Origin: Sedimentisphaeraceae bacterium JB056
Lineage (GTDB): Bacteria; Planctomycetota; Phycisphaerae; Sedimentisphaerales; Sedimentisphaeraceae
Length of the DNA stretch: 64,000 bases
Reading direction: 5' to 3'
Assembly (NCBI GenBank): GCA_044440125.1
Contig: JBITAJ010000022.1
Coordinates: 96,001-160,000, forward strand
Below, piece after piece: positions 61,372 to 64,000 of the stretch. The notes beneath the pieces are model-generated. The model worked only from the letters and a program-made list of their open reading frames with translations, did no database searches and was not told the DNA's origin. The translations under genes and the position numbers were made by a program. The first letter of the stretch is position 1. Each line of letters opens with the position of its first letter.

Positions 61372-62721
61372 TCAAACCTGACTAACTTTCAAAATATCAA
61401 CAGGACGCTTCAATGAAGCGCACATCACCGGTACTATTGCACCTGCAATCGATGCCAGAATAGCAAACAATACTATCGTAAAAGCCACAATGAATCGCAT
61501 ATCATGCGGGATCTCACCGATACTGTACATACTTCTATCCCATAACTGCCATCCATATTTGGAATACAGCCAACCTTCGAGATCATTTATATACCGCAAA
61601 AAGAGGATAGCAACAGCCGTTCCAACAAAAGCTCCTGCCACTCCAGCGGCAACCGCAAACCTCATAAAAATACCCATAACAGAAAATGTATTGAGGCCAA
61701 AACTCTTAAATATGCCTATGTCACGACTTTTGTGGCTTATTATCAGGAAAAACACCACTAATATGACAAATACCGTAACAAAACCGATAAGAACAAATAA
61801 GGCGGTGAGCATTATCTCTTCTTTTTCAATGGGGGCAATAGCTTCTCTGCGATATTTCTTCCAGCTCTCAACCCTTACATTATCAAGCAGTGAACCATAC
61901 GGCATATTGGAATTTTGACTTTTAAACTCATCAAAAAGTCTTTCAACTTCCTCTACGCCATCAGCCAATCGAACCTCAGGTGCAAATTTGATGAATAAGG
62001 CATTTGTTCTCGGCTCATTCCCTGCCATACCACACAAAAGCTGTGCCTGCTCGAATGGAATATAAAGCATTGATCGATCTATTCGAGGCAAGCCCGAATT
62101 ACTGTCGTTGGTTACAGTAAAACTCTTTGTGTTTACAAGATCTGTTCCGCTCTTGGCGAGAGTGCCTTTGCTTGTAAGGGGGAAACAGCTCAAATCGAGA
62201 CTGACTTTATATGACAAGCTTGTAGCATAAAGGCCGTTACTATTGCGTCTTGTCATCATAGCTATTCCACGAATGCATCCTGGGGAGGCACTGCCGGTAC
62301 TAAAAATTTCAGAAGAATTAACAAAACTGTCAGGATAGAGTGTATCCTCAAACTCAGTGACCCTGCAAAAAGATTCAGCATCAATTCCAGTCACATCAAC
62401 ACCTTCACTTCTCGATGCACCGTCAACAGACATAAGTCCGGTAGTCATTATCACAGGCGTAACAGCTACGATGTTCGTATTATTATCCAACGTGTCCAGC
62501 AATTGCTGATAATAAGCAAATCCGACAAGAGAATCACTTGATATGACACAATCACCAAAAAGTCTGTGATTTTTTTCTTTGAATTCATTGGCCAAGCCAT
62601 TCATTACCGTCATAACAACAAGCGTTATAAATACCGATACAGCAACAGCAACAACAGCCAACCACGATATGATTCTCTTTTTGAAATACCGTAATGCCAA
62701 TTTATCAGAGAGCACACTCAT
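61372..62721 (-). CDS. LolC/LolE (FtsX/MacB)-family ABC permease
   Basis: N-terminal TM (VMNG), periplasmic domain, DIGIFKSFG, three C-terminal TMs. Confidence 0.85.
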   Translation of the reverse strand: MSVLSDKLALRYFKKRIISWLAVVAVAVSVFITLVVMTVMNGLANEFKEKNHRLFGDCVISSDSLVGFAYYQQLLDTLDNNTNIVAVTPVIMTTGLMSVDGASRSEGVDVTGIDAESFCRVTEFEDTLYPDSFVNSSEIFSTGSASPGCIRGIAMMTRRNSNGLYATSLSYKVSLDLSCFPLTSKGTLAKSGTDLVNTKSFTVTNDSNSGLPRIDRSMLYIPFEQAQLLCGMAGNEPRTNALFIKFAPEVRLADGVEEVERLFDEFKSQNSNMPYGSLLDNVRVESWKKYRREAIAPIEKEEIMLTALFVLIGFVTVFVILVVFFLIISHKSRDIGIFKSFGLNTFSVMGIFMRFAVAAGVAGAFVGTAVAILFLRYINDLEGWLYSKYGWQLWDRSMYSIGEIPHDMRFIVAFTIVLFAILASIAGAIVPVMCASLKRPVDILKVSQV

Positions 62722-63998
62722 TACTCATACCTCAAAATCTTTACAGGTTTAATTGCCGCAGCAATAACTGCAGGTATGATCGATCCAATTAATGCCGCCA
62801 TTATTGCAACGAATACAATTTTAAACGCCATGTTCCAGTCAACCTGATTAGGAATTCTACTAAACATATAGACACTGCTCTTCCATATATTAAGCCCAAG
62901 AGCCGTGCTTATCCATCTCTCTATCGCATTGATATTGACGGTAAATATCCTACCGGCCCACAACCCTAAAGCACCTCCTAAAACACCTACCACAAGCCCA
63001 AACTGTAAGAATATAGAGGCGACAGAAAAGTTTCCAGCACCACAACTTCTGATTATAGCTATATCCTTCTGTCGTGTAAGAACAAGCATATAAAATATGC
63101 AGCATATAAGAAGTATCACACCGCCGCTTACAATACCAAATATAACCATCAGAATATCCATCTGTTTACGGTATTCAGCTATCATAGATGCCGTTATATC
63201 GCTCGTAGGTCGAATATCAGTGAACGAAACAAGCGAGCTGCTCCAGCCCATTTGCGAAACAGCAAACTCACTGAAACATTCTTCAACTCTCTCAAGTATG
63301 CTGTCCATATCAACGTTCTGGTCAACTTTGATCTGAATAGTATCAGCGATCACACCCTTAGAAGAAAGTGAAGGGTAGAGTTTTGCCGAGAGTTCTTCAA
63401 TTGGTAGATAGATGCTTTCCGTATCAAACTGATCAACACCACTATAGGCAACATCACATATAGTGAAAGGTATATTAACTCTCCTAAGCGACCTGATGTC
63501 TTGCTTGACGCCTTCACCCGCATCCATTGAGCCTGTCATCAGAACAGCTTTTGAGCCAACGAAACTATTGACAAAGTCCATATCATATTCATCAGTTTTA
63601 GAATCCGGTGTAGCCAATACTCCTATTCCGACATACCCATAAACGGCATCGGTTTTCGTTTGTTCATCAGGATAAAAATCTGGAGCAGATTCACTGTCGC
63701 CCTGAAGAATAAGAGAAGCTTTTATGTCGGTTACACTTGCCTGCGTTGAAGGATCGATCCCCCAAACTGTCACCTTTCTAACATCACCTTTACCAAGCAG
63801 CAAAAGCCCTTGCGTGGATACTATGGGGGTTGAAGCTTCTATCCCTTCAATAGTATTCAGTTCAGAGATCAGTTTTCTGCTGTAAGTTATTTTGGTCGTA
63901 GGATAAGGCTGAATCAGAATATCACCAAGGTGGTCGGATGCTGCATTTTCAAGTGCACCTATGAAACCAACAAACAGAGAAGATATACATATCAGCAA
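62721..63998 (-). CDS. LolC/LolE-family ABC permease; 5' end lies beyond the window
   Basis: DIAIIRSCGA, ends P..ILRYE; TAATG overlap with the next gene. Confidence 0.85.
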   Translation of the reverse strand: MLICISSLFVGFIGALENAASDHLGDILIQPYPTTKITYSRKLISELNTIEGIEASTPIVSTQGLLLLGKGDVRKVTVWGIDPSTQASVTDIKASLILQGDSESAPDFYPDEQTKTDAVYGYVGIGVLATPDSKTDEYDMDFVNSFVGSKAVLMTGSMDAGEGVKQDIRSLRRVNIPFTICDVAYSGVDQFDTESIYLPIEELSAKLYPSLSSKGVIADTIQIKVDQNVDMDSILERVEECFSEFAVSQMGWSSSLVSFTDIRPTSDITASMIAEYRKQMDILMVIFGIVSGGVILLICCIFYMLVLTRQKDIAIIRSCGAGNFSVASIFLQFGLVVGVLGGALGLWAGRIFTVNINAIERWISTALGLNIWKSSVYMFSRIPNQVDWNMAFKIVFVAIMAALIGSIIPAVIAAAIKPVKILRYE

Positions 63999-64000
63999 TG

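Overview
Bacterial chromosomal segment, probably from an anaerobic planctomycete of the Phycisphaerae/Sedimentisphaerales type (inferred from gene content only). Most of it is housekeeping or fermentative metabolism: pflB, ldhA, GTP-PEPCK, type III glnA, tyrS, smpB, coaD, thiE, thiC with a TPP riboswitch, clpX, surE, dksA, a class B PBP, HtrA and LolC/E- and LptF-like permeases. Six things stand out. (1) A low-GC Gabija-like OLD-nuclease/UvrD pair sits between tyrS and smpB, next to a 1.3-kb gene-free mosaic of strand-biased 7-9-bp tandem repeats that includes a composite unit present three times. (2) A four-gene redox operon encodes an OYE-GltD fusion, a UroD-fold protein, an SDR and a stand-alone SdhA-like flavoprotein. 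(3) A coaD-PTPS-mcsA-mcsB-larC operon has an McsB that looks catalytically dead and no clpC. (4) glnA(III) has a consensus sigma-54 promoter, divergent from a NifA-like activator, with three helically phased candidate binding boxes. (5) The TPP riboswitch has an extended P5. (6) A secreted beta-propeller-repeat ORF of at least 895 codons at the left edge is missing from the ORF track. I found no rRNA, tRNA, tmRNA, CRISPR array, integrase or transposase. All calls come from motif recognition by eye; no searches were run.
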